Origin: a virus
Lineage: Duplodnaviria; Caudoviricetes
DNA: 64,000 nt
Virus record (IMG/VR): IMGVR_UViG_3300021254_000020
Coordinates: 32,001 to 96,000 of that record
Strand: one strand, 5' to 3'
How positions within the stretch are numbered: position 1 is the first letter of the stretch; each line of letters begins with the position of its first letter. Made by a program: the position numbers and the translations under genes. The notes beneath the pieces were generated by a model. The model was not told the DNA's origin. It did not search any database and saw only the letters and a list, made by a program, of their open reading frames with translations. Shown in pieces: positions 1 through 9,652 of this stretch.

Positions 1-740
1 TCATTGAGAAGGTCATTCCACTTATCATATCTAATAGATTTCTTTGCTACAGAAGAGCTAGGTCTAACCATTGTATCTGGACCTTCTATAGAATCCATAA
101 TACTTCTATTCAATCTACCACTAATAAACGTATAGAAATCATTATAAGCTTGATACATTCGCTGTACATAAGCTGATGAGTCAAACTCTTCTCCACTCTT
201 ACGTTTAACAGCTCTATCTAGAACTACATTGATTGGAGGTTGAATGAAAACATAATAATCTACTGCTTTCTTCAAATGGCAGTATTTATTTAGAATTATG
301 TCCAGGTCAAGTCTCGAATCGTCCTCGCTAATAGCAATATCTCCAGCTAGTCTATTTCTCTTGAGATAGGTACGGATGCTATGATAGATAGTACCACCAT
401 TCATAGCATTATATAATATAGTAGAAATAGGTCCTCTGTCAATAAGCATAACAGCATCTTTAGGATTCTTCTCAAAGAATGGATTTATAGTCTTTTCGAA
501 TGTTTCAATCATGTTGAGAACATACAGCCCTTGGAATAGATCTGGAGGATAATCCATAGCCTTCTTATCTGCTAGAATACTGCGTATCTTCAATCCACCA
601 AATGCCTTCACATTTGGAAACGCAATGGTCTGTACTTTGATCTTAGGATTCTTTTCCTTGATCTCTTCTTTGAGATCATTAATCATAGTACTCTTACCAC
701 TACCATCTACACCCTCAAACATAACCAACTTGCTGTTCAT
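1..740 (-). CDS. tmk: Thymidylate (dTMP) kinase-like protein, 3' end runs off the window
   Basis: Hand translation from ATG at 740: MNSKLVMFEGVDGSGKSTMI (P-loop) and later LIDRGPIS (DR motif); RBS AGGAGG upstream; absent from the ORF track because it is truncated. Confidence 0.85.
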   Translation of the reverse strand, partial: MNSKLVMFEGVDGSGKSTMINDLKEEIKEKNPKIKVQTIAFPNVKAFGGLKIRSILADKKAMDYPPDLFQGLYVLNMIETFEKTINPFFEKNPKDAVMLIDRGPISTILYNAMNGGTIYHSIRTYLKRNRLAGDIAISEDDSRLDLDIILNKYCHLKKAVDYYVFIQPPINVVLDRAVKRKSGEEFDSSAYVQRMYQAYNDFYTFISGRLNRSIMDSIEGPDTMVRPSSSVAKKSIRYDKWNDLLN

Positions 741-755
741 AATCAATTCCTCCTA

Positions 756-1166
756 TTAGATGCTCATATATAGAGCTAATATAATTAAACAATGTAACAA
801 AGCATCGCAGTAGAATAGTAGATGATCATTACGACATAATACATCATCACCACTCATACACATAAAATCAATATCTACTTCAACTTCTTTTCCATTATAT
901 AACTTATTTCGAAATTTGCATTTTATCAAGTCTATGATAAAATGACTATAGAACAACACTCCAAAGATCCAATCCCAATCTATATTAGACACTATTCCTT
1001 TGTTCAATCCTACTATAAGGAATCCAAACGCAACGACCACTGTATAGATAGCACAGTGGGCTAATAAGATATAAATATCTTTGCTTTTCCATTTAGTAAG
1101 AAAATCAGACTGAAAGGCAAAGTCTCCAAAACAGTGGGAAGCAAATAGAATAAGTATATTTATCAT
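756..1166 (-). CDS. DUF3307-like small membrane protein
   Basis: SHCFGDFAFQ motif, hydrophobic helices, H-rich motifs (LLAHCAIY, SHFIID, DALLH). Confidence 0.65.
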   Translation of the reverse strand: MINILILFASHCFGDFAFQSDFLTKWKSKDIYILLAHCAIYTVVVAFGFLIVGLNKGIVSNIDWDWIFGVLFYSHFIIDLIKCKFRNKLYNGKEVEVDIDFMCMSGDDVLCRNDHLLFYCDALLHCLIILALYMSI

Positions 1167-1286
1167 AATACAACCACTCCCATTCTTTAATTATCTGACT
1201 GTTGGCTAGAGATATATTAATAATGATATCCTCCAAAACGTATCTATAAACATCATCAACTAATTATACTTTAGGAGGAGATATAA

Positions 1287-2471
1287 ATGATGCTTAAAAG
1301 AAAACTATTCTTCTTTGGTACTGATAATCCTACTCTCACTATCCACGTTCCAAACTCATGTGGTAATGACTGTTCTTTCTGTGTAAATAAGAATATGTAT
1401 GTACAGGAGAGAGGAGGTACTCTAAAACGTGGAGTACAAGAGGCATTCTTACAAGTCTTAGAAGAAATGCCAGAAGCTGCAGAAACTGTAGTAATCTCTG
1501 GAGGAGAACCACTCTACTCATTTAGTTGGCTAGAGAAGATTGTACTTCCTACTATAGAAAAATACAAGAATAATGGTGTTATTAAACATGCTTATCTCAA
1601 TACGTTCTTGCCATCATCTAGACTTCATGACTTTGTATCATTGATAGTAAAGTACGGTACTAGATATAAGAGTACCAATAAGTTCCCTTATCTAGATGGT
1701 ATATCCATCTCTCGCCCCAATCTGAGCACTGATTCATTTAGAGTTGCTACTCTTAGCGATGATAAATTAGCCAAGTTCATGGAAACACTAGACAAGCATA
1801 TTCAAAAACCAAATCGTTTAGATTTAAGAATCAATGCGTTGATAGATGATAATATGAGTGCAAAAAAGATAGATGAGGGAATCACGCTTTATAGTGATAT
1901 GGGATTCACTGTGAGTTTAAGAGAAGACTTCACTAAAGAAACTCCAACCACTCTCCGTAAACTCACTGATATAGAGAAGTTTAAATATGATTTCTTAGAT
2001 CCAGTATACTCTGTAGGTTGTAATGCGTGTGCTTCATTTATTACTAATAGAAGTGATGTTACTATTCATAAGGGATTAGAACACACCTCTAATGTTAATA
2101 TCTTCCCTGGAGGAAATGCTCTAATAGAAGTAGTAGATGTAATTATAGATCCATGTGGAGGGGTCTTCTATGACTGGGCTATTTCTGATGAGGAAAGGGA
2201 TAAATATGAATTATCCTATTTCAAGAAGTCAATGCATCTACCTCATATTTACTCTAGAAAAGCAATAGAAATCCTTATAAATAAACTACCATCTTGGAAA
2301 TCTATAAATAACGAAGAGAAAGGAGAGACAGATAAAGATGCAATAATAGATGATATAATTGGTTCACTAAAATCGACACCAATATATACTCCAAAGGAAA
2401 CAGTTGGTGGCTTCACTCTAAGAAGGAGTCCAATTATATCTACATGCGAATTACCTGACAGTATATGTTGA
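1287..2471 (+). CDS. Radical SAM protein
   Basis: CxxxCxxC (CGNDCSFC) and SGGEP motifs; AGGAGG RBS. Confidence 0.85.
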   Translation: MMLKRKLFFFGTDNPTLTIHVPNSCGNDCSFCVNKNMYVQERGGTLKRGVQEAFLQVLEEMPEAAETVVISGGEPLYSFSWLEKIVLPTIEKYKNNGVIKHAYLNTFLPSSRLHDFVSLIVKYGTRYKSTNKFPYLDGISISRPNLSTDSFRVATLSDDKLAKFMETLDKHIQKPNRLDLRINALIDDNMSAKKIDEGITLYSDMGFTVSLREDFTKETPTTLRKLTDIEKFKYDFLDPVYSVGCNACASFITNRSDVTIHKGLEHTSNVNIFPGGNALIEVVDVIIDPCGGVFYDWAISDEERDKYELSYFKKSMHLPHIYSRKAIEILINKLPSWKSINNEEKGETDKDAIIDDIIGSLKSTPIYTPKETVGGFTLRRSPIISTCELPDSIC

Positions 2472-2541
2472 ATATAAATATATAAGTTAACGGGATAGAG
2501 GAGATAATCCTCTATCCTGTAAAAATGGCTTTCTTCAATTG

Positions 2542-2556
2542 TATATTATCATTGTG
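2542..2556 (+). promoter_or_regulatory. Early-type phage promoter TATAYTAT-N4-RTG (example of a family)
   Basis: Same motif at + 7713, 13358, 28387, 28890, 30376, 31168, 43637, 46709 and - 26565-26579, 53650-53664, 59416-59430, nearly always intergenic and upstream of non-structural genes. Confidence 0.75.
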
Positions 2557-2610
2557 AATAGAGGTTGTATGATTAGCGAATCATACGTAAAATAGCTATG
2601 TTCCTTTATC
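2554..2610 (+). promoter_or_regulatory. Conserved structured 5' leader, copy 1
   Basis: GAGGTT-[GTATGATT agcg AATCATAC]-GTAAAATAGCTATGTTCCT; second copy at 28399-28457. Confidence 0.6.
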
Positions 2611-2638
2611 GCTACCTTTAGAAAGGAAGGTAATAATC

Positions 2639-2968
2639 ATGAGAACCGCAGTAGTTATTAATTTGGAACAGTATCAGAAGATCAAAGACAGTGGCATTAA
2701 AACTGTTAAAATCGTAGGCATTGAGTGGGAAAAGGCAGAATCTTCTCCGGTCTATTATAAAAATTATAAGACCTGGGGATGGCAGAGCACGTCAACGAAA
2801 CTCAATGTATTCCTGGAAAAAGAAGACGGTACCATTATTAAGAGAGACGTATATGAATACGTTCTCGGTAAACTGGGATGGAAGAAATTGAGTGATAAAA
2901 GATACACTCAATTCCATAACATGTTTATTGGTAAAACTGTAAAAATGAACTGCTTCATGAATGCTTAA
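2639..2968 (+). CDS. Hypothetical early protein
   Basis: ORF with RBS GAAAGGAAGG downstream of an early-type promoter. Confidence 0.75.
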   Translation: MRTAVVINLEQYQKIKDSGIKTVKIVGIEWEKAESSPVYYKNYKTWGWQSTSTKLNVFLEKEDGTIIKRDVYEYVLGKLGWKKLSDKRYTQFHNMFIGKTVKMNCFMNA

Positions 2969-3344
2969 GGAGGAATTAACCATGGAAGCAATCGTTTATC
3001 TCGTATCCACTATTTCCGTAGTACTTGAAAGAGAGTACTATACCAATGACGACCTCAAGAAATTGAGAGAAGAGCTCATTAACAGTATAGAAGACCTTAT
3101 GTCTGAGAAGGGCATTAAGTTCTTCGATATCGAAGAAATCACTCCCGAGCAGCTGGCACACATCGAAACTTCTAATAACACATTTATCTTCTTATATGAG
3201 GGAAACACCAAAAAGAGGAAAAATGTGTATGTTCCGGAAAATCTTATGTGGCTAGATTACGACAAGGGGGAAGTTGTAATTGGTGAGCCAAAAGATCATC
3301 CGGAATATCCAGTAGGCGTGTCTGGTTGGGTTGAGAAGAAGTAA
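2961..3344 (+). CDS. Hypothetical protein (start probably ATG 2982)
   Basis: ORF; AGGAGG precedes MEAIV. Confidence 0.7.
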   Translation: MLKEELTMEAIVYLVSTISVVLEREYYTNDDLKKLREELINSIEDLMSEKGIKFFDIEEITPEQLAHIETSNNTFIFLYEGNTKKRKNVYVPENLMWLDYDKGEVVIGEPKDHPEYPVGVSGWVEKK

Positions 3345-3398
3345 AAATGACTGGGAGGCATCGTAAGTGCCTCCCTATTAAAGAAAGGAAGATTAATC

Positions 3399-4040
3399 AT
3401 GAAAAACATTATTATCAATGTAGTATTAGCTGTATTGCCGTATTTGCTCAGAATCGATTTCGTATTCAAGTTCGTCTCTTGGTCTTTGTGGCAGGGGTAT
3501 CTGCAGGGTGAAGGTAAATGTGTAGATCTCCTCGTGATGATCATGCATGCCAGATATAAATTGGTTGATTCCAAACTCAATATTATGAGTGAGGAAGAAG
3601 CCGTGGAATACTACAAAACCATTTCTGCAGCAGGGGCTAAAACCAATTACGATAATAACACTGCAGTAGATGGTTCAGTTAAGATCGTAGATGGTTTGAT
3701 TATCCCTCCTGCATCCAGTGCTCCAACACAGGATGGTGAGATTCATATTAATGCAGTCCCATCGTTAATGGCATCTCAGTCTGTACAGGTATGCAAGACT
3801 TATCATCAGGATGTGGCTAAGGGATGGAGATTCATCCGCTTCATGATGATGCATGAAATTTGGCATACCAATCAGTTCAGATTCGTGCTCGATAACGGTG
3901 GATTATCCCTTCTGAAGAGGGTGGCTGCTATGGAAGTAAATTCCCAATACTCGGAAGGTCCACTTGAAGTTGGGGCCAACCGGTATGCCGCTTCCAAAGG
4001 AAAGGATAAACAGGATCTGAGTATTCTGTTAGCCGCTTGA
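3399..4040 (+). CDS. Putative zincin-type metallopeptidase
   Basis: HEIWH (HExxH) with downstream PLEVGANRYA glutamate motif. Confidence 0.55.
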   Translation: MKNIIINVVLAVLPYLLRIDFVFKFVSWSLWQGYLQGEGKCVDLLVMIMHARYKLVDSKLNIMSEEEAVEYYKTISAAGAKTNYDNNTAVDGSVKIVDGLIIPPASSAPTQDGEIHINAVPSLMASQSVQVCKTYHQDVAKGWRFIRFMMMHEIWHTNQFRFVLDNGGLSLLKRVAAMEVNSQYSEGPLEVGANRYAASKGKDKQDLSILLAA

Positions 4041-4095
4041 TATGGATAAGCTGTATTATTATGGAGCCAGTGAATAATTCCTGGCTCCATTTATT

Positions 4096-4374
4096 TTGTT
4101 TGATAGGAGGAGAGTACATATGTACATCGTAAACATCATAGAGAGACAGCCGGACCCGGCTGACTACAGTTCGTTTGTCGTGTTGTTCCCTCTTAACTCG
4201 ATTCAGTTCGAGTCGAAGAGGGATGCTCAGCGGTGGCTCAATAAGCAGAACTTCGTTCTTCGTCCATACCATTCTGTATATGAAAAAGACAATGATATTG
4301 CCTATATTACTGAAGTGGTAGCAGGGTACCCCAGCTATGCCGGAGTCAAGTGGAATGAAGGTCATGCTGAGTGA
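4096..4374 (+). CDS. Hypothetical protein (start probably ATG 4120)
   Basis: ORF with AGGAGG before MYIVN. Confidence 0.65.
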   Translation: MFDRRRVHMYIVNIIERQPDPADYSSFVVLFPLNSIQFESKRDAQRWLNKQNFVLRPYHSVYEKDNDIAYITEVVAGYPSYAGVKWNEGHAE

Positions 4375-4394
4375 GTTTGTTAAAGGGCTGGTAA

Positions 4395-5003
4395 ATGCCA
4401 GCCCTATTTTTTGAGGAGGTAATAATCATGGGTGCAAGAAAAGTACAAGAGCAAAAAGTCAAGGTTCTTGGTCATGAATATGAGTTAGAGTATATAGACC
4501 ATGGGTTTAATCTGGAACTCCCAGGTGTAGAAACTCATTTGAAAACAAATGACGAAATCTATACAAGGGATACCAGAAGAATCGGTATCTATGATCTCGT
4601 TCTGCGCAACAATGAAAACGAGGCAAATTTCCAGGCCGGAATGACGTATATCAAAACGTTATTCCCTGGCAAAGAAACTAGATCTAGATTAGATGGGGAG
4701 CTATCGACAATAGGAACCTCTTCTGGTCTATCAACAGATGGGTATATTCTCATAGATACCTATACCGATGTGATGATTGGTATGCCGACCTTCTTTCAGA
4801 GATGGTACAATATATGGCTATATTCAGTAGCGGCAGAGATGGCAGCAGAAAAAGGGATTAATTTTACAGTATCTATCGGAGAATCAGAACCTCGTTTCAA
4901 TAAGGAGCTCAACCGTATAGAAATTAACGATCCGTATCTCTCTGCCAATAATAACACTAAAGAGTTCCTCAAATCAATTGAGGATATTCTTAATAGTATC
5001 TAA
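4395..5003 (+). CDS. Hypothetical protein (start probably ATG 4428)
   Basis: ORF, GAGGAGG before MGARK; terminator follows. Confidence 0.7.
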   Translation: MPALFFEEVIIMGARKVQEQKVKVLGHEYELEYIDHGFNLELPGVETHLKTNDEIYTRDTRRIGIYDLVLRNNENEANFQAGMTYIKTLFPGKETRSRLDGELSTIGTSSGLSTDGYILIDTYTDVMIGMPTFFQRWYNIWLYSVAAEMAAEKGINFTVSIGESEPRFNKELNRIEINDPYLSANNNTKEFLKSIEDILNSI

Positions 5004-5137
5004 CTCCCAATACTCATTTCCTTACATCTTATTTAGAAGGCTGCTTAATTGCAGTCTTCATTTTTTTTTATTCACACGGTTGGGTAGAGGATCATTTCCT
5101 CTACCCACTACTATCATTCATTCATATACATTATATA

Positions 5138-6019
5138 TTAGAAGTATCTAGATATACCATCTAGTACTTCCCTTTTAACAGCATCTTCCAAACAGATATG
5201 GAAAGTATCTCCCATACGTGTTTTCATAGTAACTGTATTAAGAGAGGTATCTAATTGAATAGACTCATATAACACATCGAAGGTGGAGATAATTGATTTG
5301 ATATTATTACTTTCTGCTACCATGAATCTAGCCATCTCATCTTGAGTTAATGGGAATACCAATGGGGTAGCATCTAAACAGTTACCTTCTTCTTTAATAG
5401 CTTCAGCAATTTTAGGGTTGCTAAGGAAAGCACTCTCATTAAGCAATGCATTCTCATCTACTTTAACTGCTTCTGATGATACGATATTAGTCATATAAGC
5501 TTTAACATGAGAAGGATATATGACTTTATCATAAGTGATCATTACCATGTTTTTGACCTTATTGATACCATTTTCATTTACTAATGAACCTATGGCTCGT
5601 AATGAGAAAGACGGTCTACGTCCACGACGCAAATCTTCATTAAATGCTTTACCAAGCTCATTGCTTGTTCCAGTAAACCAAGATTTAACCAAATTACCAT
5701 CCATCCATAATTTTTTATGAAAGCAGCATCCATTCTTTTCTACAATGGTAGACTGCCTGTGGACTGATTGGTCCAAAGGGTGACCTAGTTCCGAAACTAG
5801 ATTACCCGTACGTACTAATTCACGAATTCTAGGAGCCTGAATAGCTCTATTAAGCTCCTCAGTTCCGTAGAATCTCTTGTTTCTATTCACAACCCCTCCG
5901 TCCTGGAGAATACCTTCAGCTACTATATAACCATCTTTACCTTCGTGAACTGGTTTGAATTCTATTTCACTCCTAGTTTCTTCGGAGATAACACAACCGA
6001 TCATTTGATTTTTATCCAT
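5138..6019 (-). CDS. Prohead core protease (T4 gp21-like)
   Basis: NRNKRFY, ELGHP (His) and FSLRAIGS (Ser) motifs; late-type promoter at 6068-6079. Confidence 0.85.
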   Translation of the reverse strand: MDKNQMIGCVISEETRSEIEFKPVHEGKDGYIVAEGILQDGGVVNRNKRFYGTEELNRAIQAPRIRELVRTGNLVSELGHPLDQSVHRQSTIVEKNGCCFHKKLWMDGNLVKSWFTGTSNELGKAFNEDLRRGRRPSFSLRAIGSLVNENGINKVKNMVMITYDKVIYPSHVKAYMTNIVSSEAVKVDENALLNESAFLSNPKIAEAIKEEGNCLDATPLVFPLTQDEMARFMVAESNNIKSIISTFDVLYESIQLDTSLNTVTMKTRMGDTFHICLEDAVKREVLDGISRYF

Positions 6020-6067
6020 GTTAAACTCACTCCTATCTATATATTATTGCAATATATCATTATCAAG

Positions 6068-6079
6068 TTACCGTGATGT
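6068..6079 (-). promoter_or_regulatory. Late-type promoter ACA-N6-TA(A/G/C) (example of a family)
   Basis: Also on - at about 1191, 7304, 12367, 13334, 16983, 26469, 28309, 33558, 37601, 50620, 51665, 53471, 57691 and on + at 7352, 11241, 12396, 41318, 47892; matches the AACA-N6-TA/G late consensus known for phage AR9. Confidence 0.7.
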
Positions 6080-6094
6080 CTTGCTTATATAAAC

Positions 6095-6120
6095 GGGGTA
6101 GACCTAAAATGGTCTACCCC
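6095..6120. terminator. Hairpin GGGGTAGACC-taaaat-GGTCTACCCC (GGTAG/CTACC stem family)
   Basis: Perfect 10-bp inverted repeat just after the stop of 6128-6868. Confidence 0.7.
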
Positions 6121-6127
6121 TTATTTT

Positions 6128-6868
6128 TTATTTGTGATTCTTATCTTTTTTATCCCACTTGCTGTCTTTATTCTGCTGCTGATTGGAGTTGTCTTTCTTT
6201 TCTTCCTTCTTGTCAACAGTAGCCGTTACTGATACTTCTTTAGTAACTTCTACAGCTGGAGTCTCTTTCTTCTCTTCTTTAACAGTGCTGATCGTGAAGG
6301 ATTCTACTTTCTTTTCGTCATTTTTCTTTTTATTCTTTTCTTCACGAGCATATACCTCTTTCAGAGCTTCTGCGCGTTTCTTTTCTTCATATTCTTTACG
6401 TTTAGCAGCTTCCTCTGCTTCTTTAGCAGCAGCTTCTTCTTTAGCTTTCTTAAGAGCCTCTTTAGCGGCGGCTTCCTTTTCAGCCTTTTCTTTAGCGATC
6501 TTTTCTGCTTCCAGATTGATACGTTTAATAGGCGGAGCTACTACAACACGATTGTTGATTACAGTTTTATTACCATCGAGATCGGTTACAGTAATAGCTT
6601 GGTCAACCGGATTTACGATGAACTCGCTAGCACCTTCAGGAACTGCCGATGGACCATTATCGGTATTATAGTTAGCGAAATCCAAAGGTACCTGTTTACC
6701 ATTAGCCAAGTTTTCTGTAACAAGTGCCTTTTCCTGTAAGCAATATGCGATAGATTCGCAAGAAAGGATAATGTTGCGTACTAAGCTAGTGAAGTTAGCA
6801 GCTTTAAGACGGAACGGGCGTGCGGGACGTACTGTTACGAGCTTGAGATCTTTGTTTGAGAGATACAT
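6128..6868 (-). CDS. Hypothetical protein with K/E/A-rich coiled-coil C-terminus, probably virion-associated
   Basis: ORF, strong RBS, low-complexity charged tail. Confidence 0.7.
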   Translation of the reverse strand: MYLSNKDLKLVTVRPARPFRLKAANFTSLVRNIILSCESIAYCLQEKALVTENLANGKQVPLDFANYNTDNGPSAVPEGASEFIVNPVDQAITVTDLDGNKTVINNRVVVAPPIKRINLEAEKIAKEKAEKEAAAKEALKKAKEEAAAKEAEEAAKRKEYEEKKRAEALKEVYAREEKNKKKNDEKKVESFTISTVKEEKKETPAVEVTKEVSVTATVDKKEEKKDNSNQQQNKDSKWDKKDKNHK

Positions 6869-6921
6869 AATTTATTTCCTCCTCTTTGAATACAGATTAG
6901 TGATCTGTTATTCTTTTATTA

Positions 6922-7107
6922 TTATAAATCCAATATGTGATCTATAGTATCATAAAGAGCAGATTCAGCCATCAAGCTATACTCTGCCTCTTCATCATCT
7001 TCAATAAGAGTATCTACGAAACTCATTGTAGAATCCTCTAGTAGTGTATCATCGATACCACCAATATTCATATTATCTATAATGGATTGATCCAACATTG
7101 TTATCAT
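6922..7107 (-). CDS. Small acidic protein (possible prohead core peptide)
   Basis: 61 aa, very D/E-rich, MAES motif, in a late operon next to the protease. Confidence 0.6.
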   Translation of the reverse strand: MITMLDQSIIDNMNIGGIDDTLLEDSTMSFVDTLIEDDEEAEYSLMAESALYDTIDHILDL

Positions 7108-7121
7108 CTCCTATCTATGTG

Positions 7122-7283
7122 TTAAAACAACGGTTCACTAGATGGATCTATCTCTCCATCATCATCAATTCCTAATATATAATCTATGGTTTCCCTAAGG
7201 GAATCATATTCTTGGCCTAATTCAATAGCTTCATCTTCTTCACGCATCGATTCTGCCAATATATTCTCCATCTCAGTAGTCAT
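7122..7283 (-). CDS. Small acidic protein, 53 aa (not in ORF track)
   Basis: MTTEMENILAESMREEDEAIELGQEYDSLRETIDYILGIDDDGEIDPSSEPLF; AGGAGGTGG RBS; late promoter upstream; TIDYILGI resembles TIDHILDL of its neighbour. Confidence 0.7.
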   Translation of the reverse strand: MTTEMENILAESMREEDEAIELGQEYDSLRETIDYILGIDDDGEIDPSSEPLF

Positions 7284-7396
7284 ATATACCACCTCCTATT
7301 CAATTACCATGATGTAACTAAAACAGAAAATTAGGATACCAATTACGGTCGACATTTATATAAAATAACAGGAGGTCTGAATTGAGGTGATGGACT

Positions 7397-7690
7397 ATGG
7401 TAGTTCAGATATTTGATCCGGATAGAGAATATGCTCGTCTCCTGCATGATCCTGATAAAAGTAAGGCTGTCAGGTTTCTTAGTCAAGAAGCAGCTTATTT
7501 CATCAGTATCAAATGTATGATTGATAATTGTAATAGTGATGCTGATTATGAGAGGTTGTTTCCTTCTATGGTAGAAGTTTCGAGTCATATTCGCCGTAAT
7601 ATCTTCAAGTCACTGAAAGATCAATACAGTATTCTAGAATGGAAAAAGAGGAAGTACTTAAATAGACTATTTAAGTCCCTCGAATTCTAG
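7397..7690 (+). CDS. Hypothetical protein
   Basis: GAGGTG RBS, late-type promoter 7352-7363. Confidence 0.65.
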   Translation: MVVQIFDPDREYARLLHDPDKSKAVRFLSQEAAYFISIKCMIDNCNSDADYERLFPSMVEVSSHIRRNIFKSLKDQYSILEWKKRKYLNRLFKSLEF

Positions 7691-7795
7691 ACGGTAATAG
7701 TGTATACAGTTATATACTATAGTAGTGAAGAAGACCATTATAGGTCTTCTTCATAACGTGTCTCTGCATCTGTTTTTTAGAAAGGGAGTATTAAA

Positions 7796-8395
7796 ATGAA
7801 CAGAAGAGATTTAGGTTTCTTAGTCAGTGGTTTTATTGTTGGTGCTATTACTGGTTTAGCATTCAGAGAAAAGAGGGAGATGAAAGAGATAAGCCCCAAA
7901 GAGTTCTTTGATATGGCAAAGAAAAATGGAGGGGCAGCGTCAGTAACTATGAAGTTCAAGCCAGCAGAATCTGAACAGGTTCCGCAGCATCAAGTTCCAG
8001 TAGTACCTCCTCATATGGCGTATCAGATGGCTGCTCAGATGCCGCCTCAATTTAATCAGGGTGAATTGAGCGAAGAAGATAAGGCCAGAATAGCTAGAGA
8101 TGTCGCAAAAGCATTATCCGATATTAAGAAGAAACGCGATAATGGTGAAGAATTATCCCAAGGCGAGTCAACGATTCTTGATGCAGCTGACAAGAAAGAT
8201 GTTATGGTGAAAATGATGATTCCTAATCTAGAATCTAGGTTAAGGACTAACAATGTATTCTTGTCTCAAGATGAGACGTTCCTGTATAGACAGTTAAAGG
8301 AACAAAAGGGATACGGTGTTGAATTATCCGATGCTGATGAGAAAGCATTTGAATTGTTGAGTAAATTTGTTCAGTTAGAACCAGGAAACGCATAA
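7796..8395 (+). CDS. Membrane-anchored protein, paralog 1 of 3
   Basis: N-terminal MNRRDLGFLVSGFIVGAITGL anchor shared with the next two ORFs. Confidence 0.75.
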   Translation: MNRRDLGFLVSGFIVGAITGLAFREKREMKEISPKEFFDMAKKNGGAASVTMKFKPAESEQVPQHQVPVVPPHMAYQMAAQMPPQFNQGELSEEDKARIARDVAKALSDIKKKRDNGEELSQGESTILDAADKKDVMVKMMIPNLESRLRTNNVFLSQDETFLYRQLKEQKGYGVELSDADEKAFELLSKFVQLEPGNA

Positions 8396-8452
8396 GACGA
8401 TAGCAAAGAGTGGTACACATTGGTACCACTCTCATTTTAAGGAGGAATAACA

Positions 8453-8875
8453 ATGAATAGTAAAGAATTTGCGTATTTACTTGGCGGATTTTCTGTAGGT
8501 GTAGTGACGGGGCTTATGCTTGAAAGAAAAGAAGAATCAACCAAGGATAGATTGGTGAAGGAGCTCAATGATGATTGCAACTTTGATGTTGAGGGCAACT
8601 ATACTGCTCCTCAGGCAAACCCAGTTAAGCAGGCTAAGTGGGATGTTTATGTTACCAATGTAATGAACAAGTTCAGTGAGAAACAGGCAAAGATTAAAGA
8701 GCCTTATTCTAAAGATAATCCCCCGAAACCACTTACTGCAGAGGAGATGCAGCTCTATACTAAGTTGAAAAACAAACTTTATGAGAGTAAATATCAGATG
8801 AGCCATACAGAAGGTAGTGCATTGGCCATGCTAGCTGAATATATGCATGTCGTAAATCTGTATAACAAGGAATAA
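8453..8875 (+). CDS. Membrane-anchored protein, paralog 2 of 3
   Basis: MNSKEFAYLLGGFSVGVVTGL. Confidence 0.75.
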   Translation: MNSKEFAYLLGGFSVGVVTGLMLERKEESTKDRLVKELNDDCNFDVEGNYTAPQANPVKQAKWDVYVTNVMNKFSEKQAKIKEPYSKDNPPKPLTAEEMQLYTKLKNKLYESKYQMSHTEGSALAMLAEYMHVVNLYNKE

Positions 8876-8887
8876 GGAGGAATATCA

Positions 8888-9280
8888 ATGAATAGCAGAG
8901 AATTTACATATTTACTCGGTGGTATGACTATTGGCGCTGTAATAAGTCATGTGCTTAGTAACAAACAAGTATCCGTCAGTAATGATGATATCGATATTGA
9001 TAATACTGTACGGAAAGTCAGGGAAGTTATTAATAGTAAAGAGGCTCATGATGTAGCCAAGTCCACAAAGGACTTGTGGCAAAACATGAACCATTTCTCT
9101 AAAGTCTATAATGAGTTCTTTGGAGAAGATAGCCGTAGGAGTGATGTTAATGAGCAGCCAAAAGCGAAATCAGTGTATGGACCAGTGCACCTTAAAGCGC
9201 CTGGACCGTATGAACCTCAAGGACCCGGACCCAGAGACTTTAAGGGAGGCAAAAACAGCGATTCTAAAGGCAATAAATGA
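8888..9280 (+). CDS. Membrane-anchored protein, paralog 3 of 3 (C-terminus uncertain)
   Basis: MNSREFTYLLGGMTIGAVISH; an overlapping +1 frame stays open to 9386. Confidence 0.65.
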   Translation: MNSREFTYLLGGMTIGAVISHVLSNKQVSVSNDDIDIDNTVRKVREVINSKEAHDVAKSTKDLWQNMNHFSKVYNEFFGEDSRRSDVNEQPKAKSVYGPVHLKAPGPYEPQGPGPRDFKGGKNSDSKGNK

Positions 9281-9413
9281 TAACGATTCTAGTCAGTGGT
9301 TTAAAATGATGGGAACCACTGAAGAAGAGGTAGATGAATTTGCTAAAGAATTGCAAAAGATTAAAGAAGAAGAATGGAATAAATGAATAATAAATGAATT
9401 ATTCAAATTTAAA

Positions 9414-9650
9414 CCAATTTAACAAACAAATGTATTATCCTTAACTAGTCCAATCATATGAAAAAATGTACGAATGTGGGACAAATCAATATTCGAGACT
9501 AAATGCATTCCGTGCTCTAGATCAATAATGTATATGACTGAACTAAAACTTAGCAAGATCAATCACAGGTGTAACTGAATATCCTAGAAAAGACCAATTA
9601 CAAGAGGCACTGAACTACCACTATATAAATACCAATATGATATACAAGTG
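9414..9650 (+). repeat. ~36-nt dual-motif interspaced array A (7 units)
   Basis: YCAAT at 9414, 9450, 9486, 9522, 9559, 9594, 9632, each followed 10-11 nt later by AATG/ACTG/AGTG; ends at a terminator. Confidence 0.85.
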
Positions 9651-9652
9651 AT

